DNA of 41,761 nucleotides from Verrucomicrobiales bacterium (GCA_031411295.1 JANOAV010000018.1:1-41761), one strand, 5' to 3'. Positions 25,641 to 36,458 are shown, counted from the first letter of the stretch. Translations and numbers: made by a program. Notes: generated by a model not told the origin, from the letters alone.

Positions 25641-28600
25641 TTACCGCCGTCTCCGCAGGCCTACGAGTGTCAACAATGCGCCCCAGAGGCTTAATGCGGT
25701 GGGTTCCGGCACGGCTACGAGTTCGCTGCCGATGAAGCCTGCGCCAACGCCGACTGGTGTGACGCCGCCATCGCTATAAAACTGCACGGTGCTGAGATCG
25801 CGATTGAAGGTATTGGCGGCAAAGATCAATTGGCTGTCGGTGCCGGGGACGCCGGCGGTATTCACGCTGCCGCTCCAATTCCACACGCTCAGCACGCCGC
25901 TCCAAGTTTCGATGTCGGTAAAGGTCAGCGCAGAAACGCCACCGGCTCCACCCAGATCAATGATAGCACTGCCCAGCAAGGAAGCGGAGCCCGTGGTATC
26001 GCTATAGCCGCCCGTGCCGAAGGTGGTGCCCGCACTGAGATTCAGCTCGGCCGTGTCCGGCAGGATATTGTTGTTGCCCAGCAGCAGGGTTCCGCCTTGG
26101 AGGTTGGTGGCTCCGGTGTAGGTGCTCGTGACGATGCCATCCATGGTGAAGGTGCCGCTGCCCACTTTAGTGATACTGCCGGTGCCGACTCCGAGCGGTC
26201 CGCCGGAACCGCTGGCGGCCAGGGTGGTGTTATCAAAGACCCCGGAAAACGTGGTGTTGGTGCTATCGCCAAACTCCAGCGTCTTGGCTCCCAGTTTTAC
26301 GGTGCCACCGCTGCCGCCGAGGGAGGCAACTTTCTCCGTGGTTCCGGTAATCCCACCAATGTCCAGCACGCCGCTGCCGCTGTTGATATTTACGGCCGTG
26401 GCATCGGATAGGGCTCCGGCTCCACTGATCACGAGTTTGCCGCCGTTGATGTTGGTGGCACCGGTATAGCTGGCAGGGAAGGTCACATTCATGCGGCCGT
26501 TACCGGCTTTGACTAACGTGGCGGTGCCGTTGTCGGCATTTTCCAGTTCCGTGGACACATTCAGCGTGGAAACAGTAGCCACGTTGAACGTGCGATTTCC
26601 CACCCAGGAGACACCACGATTGGCTGCGGTGCCGCCTTGCTGAGTGATCGTGGATGGAGTGGCTCCGGTCACGCTAACGTTGCCGTCGAGCATGTAATTT
26701 TCGCCATCATAACTGGCCGTGCCTGCATCCGTGGTCAGCGTGCCGCCGCTGAGTTGCAGGCCACCCAAGTGGATATGTCCCACGCCCGCTGCGCTGGTCA
26801 GCGTGCCGCCAGCGGCTACGGTATAATTTGCCGTGAAATTCGCTGCGTTGGTCGAGCCGAACTCCAGGGTGCCGCCGTTGTTGATTTGCACCAAGCTGCC
26901 TGGGGCCAAGCGATTGGCAGTTTGATCGCCCACTAACGCCAAGGTCCCTTGATTCACGGAAATGATGCCCGCAGCGGAGTTGGGCGCATTGATGACTAAG
27001 CGACCATTTCCCGTCTTGGTGAAGCCACCAGCGCCCGTGATGGCACCCGTCACAGTGAGCGTGTTGCCATTGCTGTCGAAGGTCGTGTCTCCGTTTGTTC
27101 CGGTGAGTTCGGTGGGGACGGAAATGGTGGTATTGACTGCTGCGCGCACCGTGCCGCCGCCCAGGTTGATGTCATTCGGCAGACCTGCATTTTGCTCCCA
27201 GATGCCTTGTGCACCCAGATTCAGCTCACCACCCGTTAGATTGAACACGCCGCTGCGGCCGCCATTGTGGCCGAAGCGCAGGCCCAGCACATTCGCCACG
27301 CCACCGCTGAGATTGTAGGTGCCATCACCATCCCAGGAAATGGCCATGGAGATGTTCGGTGAATTCAGGGTGCCGCCAGATTGGCTGTAGATCCCCTGAG
27401 TGGCATTCCAATGGCCGAGCACGAAGTTGCGACCATCGGTATCGGGGGCGTTCACATTGACCGTGCCGCCCGTTTGGTTGAAGTTGGCCTGCGTTAGGCT
27501 ACCACCGCCACCGGAATCACCCAGACGGGCCGTGTTGGTTGTGAAGGTGGTGCCCGGGCCCACGTTCATGGTCCCGCCGACCGTTTCATTGACCCCGCCA
27601 ATTCCGAAGGCCAGATCGTTCACGTTGACATTGGCCCCATTGGTCAGACTGATGCTGCTGCCATTGGTAAATAGAACCTGATTCCCGGTAAATGGAGTCG
27701 TGCCACTCAGTGTCAGCGCCCCGCCATTCGTGCGCAGGGTGCCACCGAAGGCGGCCCCGCCGGAGAATTCTGCGGCCCCGGCACCGTTCTTATTGATGTT
27801 GATGTTGCCATTCTGCGTGGTGATGGCAGCGCTTATCAGCAGATCCGTGACGGCTCCACCGTCAGCGACGTCGATGTTTAAATTAGCGCTGGCATCCGCC
27901 CGCACTCGAATCCGTCCGGTAATCGCAGCCGTGTTGCTGCTGGCCATTGTGTTCAGGGCGCTGTTGCCCCATTCGTAGAAGTCACTCGTGGGCGAGCTTA
28001 CGCCATTGTTCACCCGCAGTTCGCCACCAGTCATGTTTACCGTGGCTCCCCAAAGGTGGTTCACCCCGCCGACCGAGTTCACCAAGCCGCCGTTGATGTT
28101 GAGCGTGTCGATCTTGCCCCCAGTATCATAACCGAAGATGGCTCCAGAATTTCCCGTGGCCCGCAATTCTGCACCCGCATTGACCGTGACGGTGCCACGG
28201 ATGGTGCCGGTGCCGCCGGATTGCGCCGTTACATTCAGCACGCCCCCGTTTACCGTGGTGCCGCCGGTGTAGGTATTGATGGTGCCGAGGTTCAGTGTTC
28301 CGTTGCCGGATTTCGTCAGCGTGGTGGCTCCTGTGATGGCCCCGGAGCCAGTAAAGGTATAGTCCGCCGAGGAATTCACAATCACTCCGGCGGGCAGCAA
28401 TGCGCCCACCAGATTCACGGTCCCGGCAGCGGTGTTGGTGAAAGTCACTTGATCGTTATTCAGAAACTTCCCGTCTGCTCCCGTGAAATTTACGTCCGCA
28501 TTCGTCACCCAATTCCCCGTGCCAGCACCATTGCTCCACGTTAGGATGCCGCCAGCGGTATCGATCGTCAGCACCAACTTGTTCCCTGAAACAGCCGTGT

Positions 28601-29945
28601 GACCGGAGGCGTGCGACAGTCCGAAGTCGGTGGTGATCGTGCCTGGAGCACCCGTGATACTGCCTGCGGTAAAGAGATCAAACGTGGCCCCGAGCGCTGG
28701 CGGAGCGGAGAGGGAGGGCTTTACCGTGAAGTTAGGACTACCCGTGAAATTAAGCGCATTGGTGATCGTATTGGTCAATCCGGTGCCGCCGCTAATGGTC
28801 AGGGTGGAACCAGATTCGATGCTCAAGGACTGCAGAGTCTTACTGGCGCTGTCCAGTTGGAGGATACCGCCATTTTTCACCACGAGATTCGACGTGGGAA
28901 CGGCACCTGCTGCGGTAATTTGGAAGGTGCCGCCATTGATCGTCGTGGTGCCGGTGTAATTGTTCCCTGCATTGGAGAGAGTCAAGGTTCCTGCGCCATC
29001 CTTCGCCAATCCGCCCACGCCGTTCAGCACGCCACTGAGGGCGACATTGAAGCCATTGGTATCATAGTGAATCCCGGTTCCGCTGATGAGATGCGTTTCC
29101 AAGTTAGAGGACCACCCGGCGGTGGCCCGAATTGTCCCGCCGCCGAACTGCAAATCATAACTATTCAGCGTGCCGGGGTTACTGGTGCTCATCCCGTTGG
29201 GCCCCACATTGACCGTGCCGCCATTCACCACCAGGAAACTTTCCCCTCCACCTGCCGAGCGCGTCTGCATGGTGACGCCATTCACGGTTAGCGTTCCGGC
29301 ATTCACGGTAAACGTGCCGGAACTGTCGATTCCCAGAATGAAATTCCCCGCAGCGCCCTCGCTAGTGCCCGTATTCGTGATCGTAGCCATGGTGAAATTC
29401 CCCCCATTCAGATCATAGCTATTCGATCCCCCCGCCTGTGGCCAGTGGCCCAGCCGGAACTGGCCGGAGACATTCACGTCCCCACCAGACTGAATCACAT
29501 GTCCCGTGCCGCCATCCCATTCACCGAGGTGGAAGGCCCCCACATTTACGGTGGTGCCCGCATTGATGAAGGCACGGCCATAGCCGTTAGCCAGATTCGT
29601 CCCAAAGTGATTTTCCCCGACATATAAGGTCCCCACATTATACGTCCCGGCCCCGAAGGTATATCCACTCGTAGGAGCCCCGGCATTCCCCACCGCCAAA
29701 TCCAGCCAACCCGCATCCAAGGCCACCCCGGCAATGTTGATGCTGCCTGGCGTGTGAATGAAAATCTGATTCCCTCCACCACTCACTGGCACCACGCTGC
29801 CCGCCCAATTCGAGGTGTCAGACCAATTGCCATTTCCCGGATTCGCCACCCAATTGTAATCGGTAGCCAAGGACGGCAAAGGAAACGCTACGGGAAAGGC
29901 AACAAGGGCAAGAATTCCAGCGGTGGGCGAGAGGGTAGGTTTCAT
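25641..29945 (-). CDS. Large surface protein with autotransporter-associated beta-strand repeats and PEP-CTERM sorting signal
   Basis: Signal peptide; repeated LxKxGxGTLTL..NxYTGxTxINGG; C-terminal VPEPTALSLWGALLTLVGLRRRR. Start ATG 29945. Confidence 0.93.
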   Translation of the reverse strand: MKPTLSPTAGILALVAFPVAFPLPSLATDYNWVANPGNGNWSDTSNWAGSVVPVSGGGNQIFIHTPGSINIAGVALDAGWLDLAVGNAGAPTSGYTFGAGTYNVGTLYVGENHFGTNLANGYGRAFINAGTTVNVGAFHLGEWDGGTGHVIQSGGDVNVSGQFRLGHWPQAGGSNSYDLNGGNFTMATITNTGTSEGAAGNFILGIDSSGTFTVNAGTLTVNGVTMQTRSAGGGESFLVVNGGTVNVGPNGMSTSNPGTLNSYDLQFGGGTIRATAGWSSNLETHLISGTGIHYDTNGFNVALSGVLNGVGGLAKDGAGTLTLSNAGNNYTGTTTINGGTFQITAAGAVPTSNLVVKNGGILQLDSASKTLQSLSIESGSTLTISGGTGLTNTITNALNFTGSPNFTVKPSLSAPPALGATFDLFTAGSITGAPGTITTDFGLSHASGHTAVSGNKLVLTIDTAGGILTWSNGAGTGNWVTNADVNFTGADGKFLNNDQVTFTNTAAGTVNLVGALLPAGVIVNSSADYTFTGSGAITGATTLTKSGNGTLNLGTINTYTGGTTVNGGVLNVTAQSGGTGTIRGTVTVNAGAELRATGNSGAIFGYDTGGKIDTLNINGGLVNSVGGVNHLWGATVNMTGGELRVNNGVSSPTSDFYEWGNSALNTMASSNTAAITGRIRVRADASANLNIDVADGGAVTDLLISAAITTQNGNININKNGAGAAEFSGGAAFGGTLRTNGGALTLSGTTPFTGNQVLFTNGSSISLTNGANVNVNDLAFGIGGVNETVGGTMNVGPGTTFTTNTARLGDSGGGGSLTQANFNQTGGTVNVNAPDTDGRNFVLGHWNATQGIYSQSGGTLNSPNISMAISWDGDGTYNLSGGVANVLGLRFGHNGGRSGVFNLTGGELNLGAQGIWEQNAGLPNDINLGGGTVRAAVNTTISVPTELTGTNGDTTFDSNGNTLTVTGAITGAGGFTKTGNGRLVINAPNSAAGIISVNQGTLALVGDQTANRLAPGSLVQINNGGTLEFGSTNAANFTANYTVAAGGTLTSAAGVGHIHLGGLQLSGGTLTTDAGTASYDGENYMLDGNVSVTGATPSTITQQGGTAANRGVSWVGNRTFNVATVSTLNVSTELENADNGTATLVKAGNGRMNVTFPASYTGATNINGGKLVISGAGALSDATAVNINSGSGVLDIGGITGTTEKVASLGGSGGTVKLGAKTLEFGDSTNTTFSGVFDNTTLAASGSGGPLGVGTGSITKVGSGTFTMDGIVTSTYTGATNLQGGTLLLGNNNILPDTAELNLSAGTTFGTGGYSDTTGSASLLGSAIIDLGGAGGVSALTFTDIETWSGVLSVWNWSGSVNTAGVPGTDSQLIFAANTFNRDLSTVQFYSDGGVTPVGVGAGFIGSELVAVPEPTALSLWGALLTLVGLRRRR

Positions 29946-30095
29946 AGATGAATCAGTGGACGGTCTAGCAGAGAATGTTCCGAACGATTTAATCAAATTT
30001 GTGCGAAAAGGACAAGGTTATTCATGTTGCGTTATTGCGTAGCGCTCTCCGGTGTGGGGAGGGTTTAGGATGATACACTTTGCTGTCATGATTGC

Positions 30096-30130
30096 CGGGG
30101 CTTTCAAAGCCCCGCACCTTGGGACCACGC
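30096..30130. repeat. GGGGCTTTCAAAGCCCC palindrome (second copy at 11495)
   Basis: cggggctttcaaagccccgcaccttgggaccacg. Confidence 0.6.
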
Positions 30131-30221
30131 CCGAGTAAAAATCCACCATGATTTTTCCGCCAACATTCCACCAAGCAGGTTGTCAAATTCGACTGCCGCT
30201 GCTAGCGTGGCACAAAATTTC

Positions 30222-31388
30222 ATGCCGCTTTCCTCTTCTTCATCCGCTTCCTTACGCGACCAGTCATCCGCTCGTGGGTCTCATCAAAAACTGACGGGCC
30301 GGGGGGGCTTCCTGCTGGTGTTCTCGGTGCTGGCACTGGCGCTGGGAATGACGCTGCCGGAGCCTCATGCGGTGCAGTTAGGGCTGCTGGGGATTCTGCT
30401 CTTGGTGATTGCCTGGCCGTTGACCCGAGCCAATTTACGCGGGCTTTCTTCCAAGCGGGTGGCTCCGGAGTCTGCTTTTGCCGGGCAATCTTTCAAATTG
30501 GAAATCACGGTGCAGAACGATCGACGCCGACTGGACGCCTTCGCCATCGAATACGAAGACAGCATTTCCGGCCCCTCGGAGCGGGGTCTGCATGCGGCCT
30601 GGATGCGGGCTGGTGGCTGCGTGCAGCGGGTCTTCTCGACGCGCTTGCTCCGCCGCGGACTCCGGCATCGGGTGCGGGGGAATCTCGCCAGCACCTTTCC
30701 GCTTGGGCTCTGGCGGGCTCAGACCGAGTTCAAGGATACTCTGGAAATGGCCATCATGCCCCGACCGATTGCCCCTAAAATTCTCGATGACCCGGAGTTT
30801 GCCTCCCTGTTGGAAGCGGACGATTCTGAAAGCATTCAGTTGGATCATGCGGGAGATTTCCACGGCTTGCGACAGTTCCAGCCAGGGGATCGCGTGAAGC
30901 AGATCGACTGGCCAGCCACCGCGCGCAGTGGGAAAATCATGGTGCGCAAATTCGATCGTCGGTTGCCGAGCCGATTCCTCATTGTGTTCCATTCGCTGGT
31001 GGGAAAATCGAGAGCAGCCCACGGGGAAGCGTTCGAGGCGGCCATGGAGATGCTCTGCGGGCTGTTGCTCGGCCTGCACGAACGAGGTATTCCGATGGAT
31101 CTCATCGCCTCCTTCAATGACTGGAAACTCCAGCCGGTGGGCGGCACGGCCAAGCATTTGCAATCCGGCCTGCGTTTACTAGCCGATGCCCGCCGCAATC
31201 CGGAAACCGATTTCAGTCGCCTCCAGCGGGTGCTGGCCAACGTGGATAGCTCCCAGCGGGTCTTCCTGCTGAGCGATGTGCCAGTCAAAGATTGGGAATC
31301 CAGCGTGCCAGAAGTTCCCTGCCTCGTCACCTGTCTCAGTGTGTCTGAGTTACGGGTGCGCCAACCGCAACTTTACGTGAAGAAATAG
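30222..31388 (+). CDS. Membrane-anchored DUF58 domain protein (transglutaminase-operon type)
   Basis: Two N-terminal TM helices, STFPLGL and GDFHGLRQFQPGDRVKQIDWPATAR. Start approximate. Confidence 0.88.
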   Translation: MPLSSSSSASLRDQSSARGSHQKLTGRGGFLLVFSVLALALGMTLPEPHAVQLGLLGILLLVIAWPLTRANLRGLSSKRVAPESAFAGQSFKLEITVQNDRRRLDAFAIEYEDSISGPSERGLHAAWMRAGGCVQRVFSTRLLRRGLRHRVRGNLASTFPLGLWRAQTEFKDTLEMAIMPRPIAPKILDDPEFASLLEADDSESIQLDHAGDFHGLRQFQPGDRVKQIDWPATARSGKIMVRKFDRRLPSRFLIVFHSLVGKSRAAHGEAFEAAMEMLCGLLLGLHERGIPMDLIASFNDWKLQPVGGTAKHLQSGLRLLADARRNPETDFSRLQRVLANVDSSQRVFLLSDVPVKDWESSVPEVPCLVTCLSVSELRVRQPQLYVKK

Positions 31389-31395
31389 CCGCCCC

Positions 31396-33600
31396 GTGAA
31401 ATTAAGTTTCCTCCTCTATCTGATTCTACTGCTGATCGACGGACTCGTCGCGTGGCAAGCTACTGGTTCGCCCATGCTGCTGGTGTTCCCCGTCGTGGGG
31501 ATCATCTTCTACGGGGCCTTGTGCGGGCGCGCCGGAGGGATTTCCGAGATCGTGCGCATCTTGATTTCAGGATTCATGATTACGTTTGGGTTGTTAAATT
31601 TTGGCAATCACATGGAAGTCATTTTCCTGACGTTACTGGCCTTGCCGCAGTTTCTGGCAGCCACCCAGTGTGTCTGGGAAATGCAGCATGCCGGCAAGGA
31701 AACGGCTGTCCGTGGGCGGGAAATGCGCATTTCGGTCTTCAGCATGGCGTTCTACTCCGCTTGGGGCGTGGCGTTCATTCTGCTGCAAGCGGACAATCTG
31801 CGCCTCGCTTGGTTGCACCAGCAATTGCTGGCCGGCACGGTTTTTGTGCTGAGCTTGGTGGCGTGGGAAAGCAGTCGGATCCTGCGCTTGAAGGCTGGGA
31901 GCACGCCGGAGCGATTGCCCCGCAGCGTATTCTGGCGACGAACCGCGCTCGTTGTGGGGGCTGCAGCCTTGTCCATGCTGGCCTTCTCCGCGTTGCTGCC
32001 GCCAGTGGCGGAGGCGATTTGTAAACTTTCCCCCAAGTGGAAACCGCCCGTGCTGGATGCCAACGTGGGGCCACCGCATCGTCCCAAGCCCTCTCCTCAG
32101 GAAGATGGTGCTGAGGATGCGCCAGGCAGCATCCCGCGGCAGAATGCGGATGAATCTGCCCGCACTGGCCAAATGCGACTGCCCAGACGCGTGAATATCA
32201 ATCAGACTGAGGCGGCCCGGGCTTATGTGCAATTCGATTCCAAAGAGCAGGCGGAAGCGCTCCAGCAGCAAGGCCCGTTGTATCTGCGCAGCCTGGCCCT
32301 GAGCGTCTATGAGAATAATGAGTGGCTTCCCAGCAGTCAGGATGGATTTTGGACCAAGGACGACGAGGACGGGAAAAAGGATGGTCGCGTCACCCTCAGC
32401 AAAGACACCACCCAGTCCGTGCATTACACCGTGTTCGCCCCCCAGGCCGACGGCAACACCCTTCTAACATTGCCGGGTCTGCAGCAAGTGGACGCGCCCA
32501 AGGTCTATGTCCTCCCAGATGCTTGGTATCAAATTCAAGACACGGGGAACATTCGTTACGGGGCCCGTTCGGAACCCAGAATCTGGGGGCGGTTCCCGGC
32601 GGAAAAGCTTAAGCCTGCCAACCCTGGCCTTGGCTACCTTAAAGTGCCGGAGGGCAGGCTGGGGGATGAACTCAAGCAACTCAAAGACCAGATCTTTAAG
32701 CTCCAGCAATCGCCTCAAGATTGTATCCCTGCGCTGCAGCAGTTCCTCCACGACCACTACACCTACAGCACCACGGTGGAGAATAAGAATAACCTCAATC
32801 CCTTGGAGAATTTCCTCCTGAATGAGCGCAAGGGCTACTGCGATCTCTTCGCGACCTCCGCCGCCTTGTTGCTGCGCAAAGTCGGCATCCCCACCCGCCT
32901 TGGCTTCGGTTATATGGCCGGAGATTACGATGCCAAAACCGGCCTGACCACATTTCGCCAACTCCATGCCCACTCGTGGGTGGAAGTGATGCTGGAAGGA
33001 GAAGGATGGGTCATTTGTGAGTTCACCCCGCAAGTAGCGCCCGCCCCGGGCGAAGGCGCCACCCAGACGGCCGCTGCCGCACCGAACCTGGAGGCCTTCA
33101 ACGACGTGAACACGCCGCCGCCTAATACCAATCAAACCATCGTCGAAGCCCCAAGCTTCCTCGCTCAGTTGGGGCAGCTATGGCCATCGCTGGGTGATCC
33201 CAAGGTCCGAACCTTCCTCGCGCTGATCGCCCTAATCCTCGCAGGAATCACGTGGTGGCGGCGGCATCAAGCGATGCAATCGCCCGAGGAAATAGCCCGC
33301 CGAGCGGCCGCCGCCCGGGACCAGCAACCCGCCTACGTCAAGGAACTCAGGGAACTGGCGACCGCCGCTGGACTCACCTTCACCTTAGGTGAAACGGTGC
33401 GCGAACTCCACCGCCGGCTGCAAGCCGAAGGGTGTGACGATCCGATGCTCGCGTCGCTAACGAAATATCACTACACCGTGCGCTACGAGGACACTCCACC
33501 AGATCGGAAGCGGGAATCCGATTTCATTTCCTTCCTCAAGTCCTTCCGCCAAACCTGGCTCCAAGCACACCCGCCCGCCAAACCACGCGCCCGGGCCTAA
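31396..33600 (+). CDS. Membrane transglutaminase-like (TgpA-type) protein
   Basis: Multiple N-terminal TM helices; GYCDLFATSAALLLRKVGIPTRLGFGY and HAHSWVEV..GW motifs. Confidence 0.9.
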   Translation: MKLSFLLYLILLLIDGLVAWQATGSPMLLVFPVVGIIFYGALCGRAGGISEIVRILISGFMITFGLLNFGNHMEVIFLTLLALPQFLAATQCVWEMQHAGKETAVRGREMRISVFSMAFYSAWGVAFILLQADNLRLAWLHQQLLAGTVFVLSLVAWESSRILRLKAGSTPERLPRSVFWRRTALVVGAAALSMLAFSALLPPVAEAICKLSPKWKPPVLDANVGPPHRPKPSPQEDGAEDAPGSIPRQNADESARTGQMRLPRRVNINQTEAARAYVQFDSKEQAEALQQQGPLYLRSLALSVYENNEWLPSSQDGFWTKDDEDGKKDGRVTLSKDTTQSVHYTVFAPQADGNTLLTLPGLQQVDAPKVYVLPDAWYQIQDTGNIRYGARSEPRIWGRFPAEKLKPANPGLGYLKVPEGRLGDELKQLKDQIFKLQQSPQDCIPALQQFLHDHYTYSTTVENKNNLNPLENFLLNERKGYCDLFATSAALLLRKVGIPTRLGFGYMAGDYDAKTGLTTFRQLHAHSWVEVMLEGEGWVICEFTPQVAPAPGEGATQTAAAAPNLEAFNDVNTPPPNTNQTIVEAPSFLAQLGQLWPSLGDPKVRTFLALIALILAGITWWRRHQAMQSPEEIARRAAAARDQQPAYVKELRELATAAGLTFTLGETVRELHRRLQAEGCDDPMLASLTKYHYTVRYEDTPPDRKRESDFISFLKSFRQTWLQAHPPAKPRARA

Positions 33601-33601
33601 C

Positions 33602-33634
33602 CCCGAGCGTGGGAGCAGTCCGCCGGACTGCTCC
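33602..33634 (+). repeat. REP-like family A copy
   Basis: ccgagcgtgggagcagtccgccggactgctcc immediately after the stop codon. Confidence 0.75.
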
Positions 33635-33730
33635 GTCCTGCAATTAATGAGTTGCCGATGCAGTGGTAACCACCAAGTCGGGACGAAACCGGTAGTTTGC
33701 TTGTAATCCGCAGTCGGTAGCTACCTCAAC

Positions 33731-34543
33731 TCACTGAGCTGCAGGCGTGGCGGGAGCCTCGGCGGCTGGGGCTGCGGCGGCTTCACTGCCGGCTGGAGGC
33801 GTGGCTGGGGCTGCGGGAGCTGCTGGTTTCTTGAGCGAGGAGTGAATCTTGGGTTCCCGCTTGGCGCGCTTTTGCGCGGTGCCGCGGGGCACTCCGTTTT
33901 TGGTCCCGTTGATGAACACTGGGGTGCCCAGCGATGAGTGTTCAAAGAACCACGCGGCCATCCCATCGGGCAGGCGGACACAACCATGGCTGGCCGGACT
34001 GCCGGGGAGCACACCGGTGTGGAAGCCCATGGCAGTGGTGGCTCCGCCAGACGTGTTGAAGCGCTGGAAATATTTCATCAGGGAGCCCTGAAACTTTCCG
34101 CCGACCGGGCGTGGATCGAACCCTTGCGTCACATCCTTCATCATAACGCTGCCACCACTGGAGGTCACGAAATCTCCATACAGGGTGGACCGATGGTTCA
34201 GGTCCTTTTGACCGATCACGTAGGATCCCGTTTCGGTCCGGTAATTCGGTCTTCCACTGGAGAGTTTGGAAAACGCCAGCAACTGATCTCCATAGTAAAA
34301 GTAAACGCGTTGTTGATCCAGTTCGATTACGAAACCTGAGTTCTCCGCCGTTAGCGCGGGGGTTCTGGCCGCATCCGGGATCATGCCTCGTCCCTGATTC
34401 GTCTTGAAGAAGGCATCAGCGGCAGCCACATCCTCCGGCCGGGCACTGGTGGGCATGGAAGCCCCTGGTTTGGTGCCAAGGGAAGAACAGGAAGACAGGA
34501 AGCTGGCGGTTAGGATGAGCAGTAAAAGTGAGCGAAGTTGCAT
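33731..34543 (-). CDS. L,D-transpeptidase (YkuD family) lipoprotein
   Basis: Lipobox FLSSC; catalytic FHTGVLPGSPASHGCVRLP; Pro/Ala-rich tail. Confidence 0.9.
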   Translation of the reverse strand: MQLRSLLLLILTASFLSSCSSLGTKPGASMPTSARPEDVAAADAFFKTNQGRGMIPDAARTPALTAENSGFVIELDQQRVYFYYGDQLLAFSKLSSGRPNYRTETGSYVIGQKDLNHRSTLYGDFVTSSGGSVMMKDVTQGFDPRPVGGKFQGSLMKYFQRFNTSGGATTAMGFHTGVLPGSPASHGCVRLPDGMAAWFFEHSSLGTPVFINGTKNGVPRGTAQKRAKREPKIHSSLKKPAAPAAPATPPAGSEAAAAPAAEAPATPAAQ

Positions 34544-34898
34544 TCCGCGCACTATGACTAATCTTGCTAAAATAGCAAGACCGCACAGCTATAAAAACTG
34601 AGAAAAAAACGGGCCTAGGCCTTGTCTTTGGCCTTCAGTAAATAAAGAAACGCCAAAACGCCAAGACCCATCCAGAAAAAGCCGAAGAAGATACCCCATG
34701 TCATAATGAACCGACCTTGCCGATGTTTGGCGGGATTTCCAGCGAAAACTTTGGCAAATTTACCGCCAATGCCGAATTTTCTTCTGGAAACCGAAATTTA
34801 CGCAACCTTCCACTGGCGGATGCGCTGGGGAGGGTTACGATCAAGGCAGGACGGTCGCAGGGCAGGGATATACCAAACCATCACTGGAGAACCAACTT

Positions 34899-36458
34899 AT
34901 GAAAACACGCAGCCAACACCAAAGCCGCCGGGAATTTTTGTCGGAGGTGGGGCGAGGAATGATCACTGCGACAGTCGGACTGGAGTTGGCCCGGGAATTG
35001 GGATTGGGGGTCGCGCAGGCTGGAGAAGTCCCGTTGCGTTTGGAGTTTGGCGCCCAGGAGCCGCTGGTCCGACTGATGCAGGACACCCCGGCCGCCAAGT
35101 TGCTGCCATTGCTGTTGGATAAATTGCGCAGTGGCACGGACTTAAAGCAATTGGTGGCAGCGGGAGCCTTGGCCAATGCCAGAACCTTTGGTGGGGAGGA
35201 TTATGTGGGTTTCCACACCATGATGGCGTTGGCTCCAGGGTATCACATTTCCCGGGAACTGCCCGTGGAACAGCAGCCGCTGCCTATTTTCAAGGTGTTG
35301 TATCGCAATACGAATCGGATGCAGGAAACGGGAGGGTCAGAACACGAGGTGCTGCACCCGTTAGCCGGCAATGGCACCAACGCCCCACCCAATCCCGGGG
35401 CTTACCTGCGGGAAGCTGCCCGCAGCAAGGATCTTGCGCGGGCGGAGGCTGCCTTTGCCCTGGTGGCGACCTCTCCCGAGGATGCGTTTAACGCCGTGCT
35501 GCAAGAGGTGCAGGATGACACGGAAGTGCATCGCGTGGTGCTGCCTTATCGCGCCTGGGATCTGCTGGGGGTGATCGGTCAGGATCATGCCAACACCCTG
35601 CTGCGACAGTCGGTGCGGTATTGTGTTAAATCGGAGCAAGGCTGGGCGGGAAATCGTTCGCGGGATTTGCTGGCAAAACTGCTGGAGGAACACAAGCTCC
35701 TAGGGGCCAAACCGGGAACTCGAGTGGCTGAGGATGCATGGGTGGAGGCTCTGAGCATGACCTTCTTTAAATCCACCCCAGAGCAAGCTGCAGCGGCAGC
35801 GGCCGCGGCGTTGGCCGACGGGATGACTCCAGACGCCATTGGCGAAGCCATTTCCCTGGCGGCCAATCAGCTCATTTTGCGTGATCAAGGCCGCACCCCT
35901 GGTATGGAAGTGGCCGGTAAACCGATTGGCAGCACCCATGGTGATTCCATCGGGGTGCATGCGTGTGATTCTGCGGGAGCCTGGCGGAATCTGGCCAAGG
36001 CCTCCCGTCCGCAAAACACCTTCGCCTGCCTGATCCTGGGGGCTTATCAAGTCGCGCTGGATCGGGTGAATCGCGGAGGCGATTTCCTGAATTGGGAGCC
36101 CCTGCCATTGGCCCGCCATGTTAGCGACGTGAAATCCACCACTGCCGCTGCGTTGCTGGGAGATTTGGATGAAGCCGTGCGCGGCAATCTGCAAGGCCGC
36201 GCCAGCGGGATCGTGCAGCGGTATGGGCAGTTGGGGCATGATGCGGCAGGCATCTTTGCCGTGTGCCGTCGATATGCCATCAGCGAAGACGGAGCCCTCC
36301 ATGCAGAGAAATTCTATCGCACCGTGACCGAAGAATATGCCAACACCCGCGCAGCCTTCCGTGGTCGCCAACTCTGTGCGTTGGCCCGGGTGACAGCCAG
36401 CGAATACGGCCGCCCGGCTCCCGGGATGGCAGAGGCGCGGGAGTTGTTGAAGCTCTGA
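34899..36458 (+). CDS. Tat-exported hypothetical protein
   Basis: Twin-arginine signal SRREFL; GGAG Shine-Dalgarno; 519-aa helical-looking body with His-centred motifs. Confidence 0.85.
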   Translation: MKTRSQHQSRREFLSEVGRGMITATVGLELARELGLGVAQAGEVPLRLEFGAQEPLVRLMQDTPAAKLLPLLLDKLRSGTDLKQLVAAGALANARTFGGEDYVGFHTMMALAPGYHISRELPVEQQPLPIFKVLYRNTNRMQETGGSEHEVLHPLAGNGTNAPPNPGAYLREAARSKDLARAEAAFALVATSPEDAFNAVLQEVQDDTEVHRVVLPYRAWDLLGVIGQDHANTLLRQSVRYCVKSEQGWAGNRSRDLLAKLLEEHKLLGAKPGTRVAEDAWVEALSMTFFKSTPEQAAAAAAAALADGMTPDAIGEAISLAANQLILRDQGRTPGMEVAGKPIGSTHGDSIGVHACDSAGAWRNLAKASRPQNTFACLILGAYQVALDRVNRGGDFLNWEPLPLARHVSDVKSTTAAALLGDLDEAVRGNLQGRASGIVQRYGQLGHDAAGIFAVCRRYAISEDGALHAEKFYRTVTEEYANTRAAFRGRQLCALARVTASEYGRPAPGMAEARELLKL

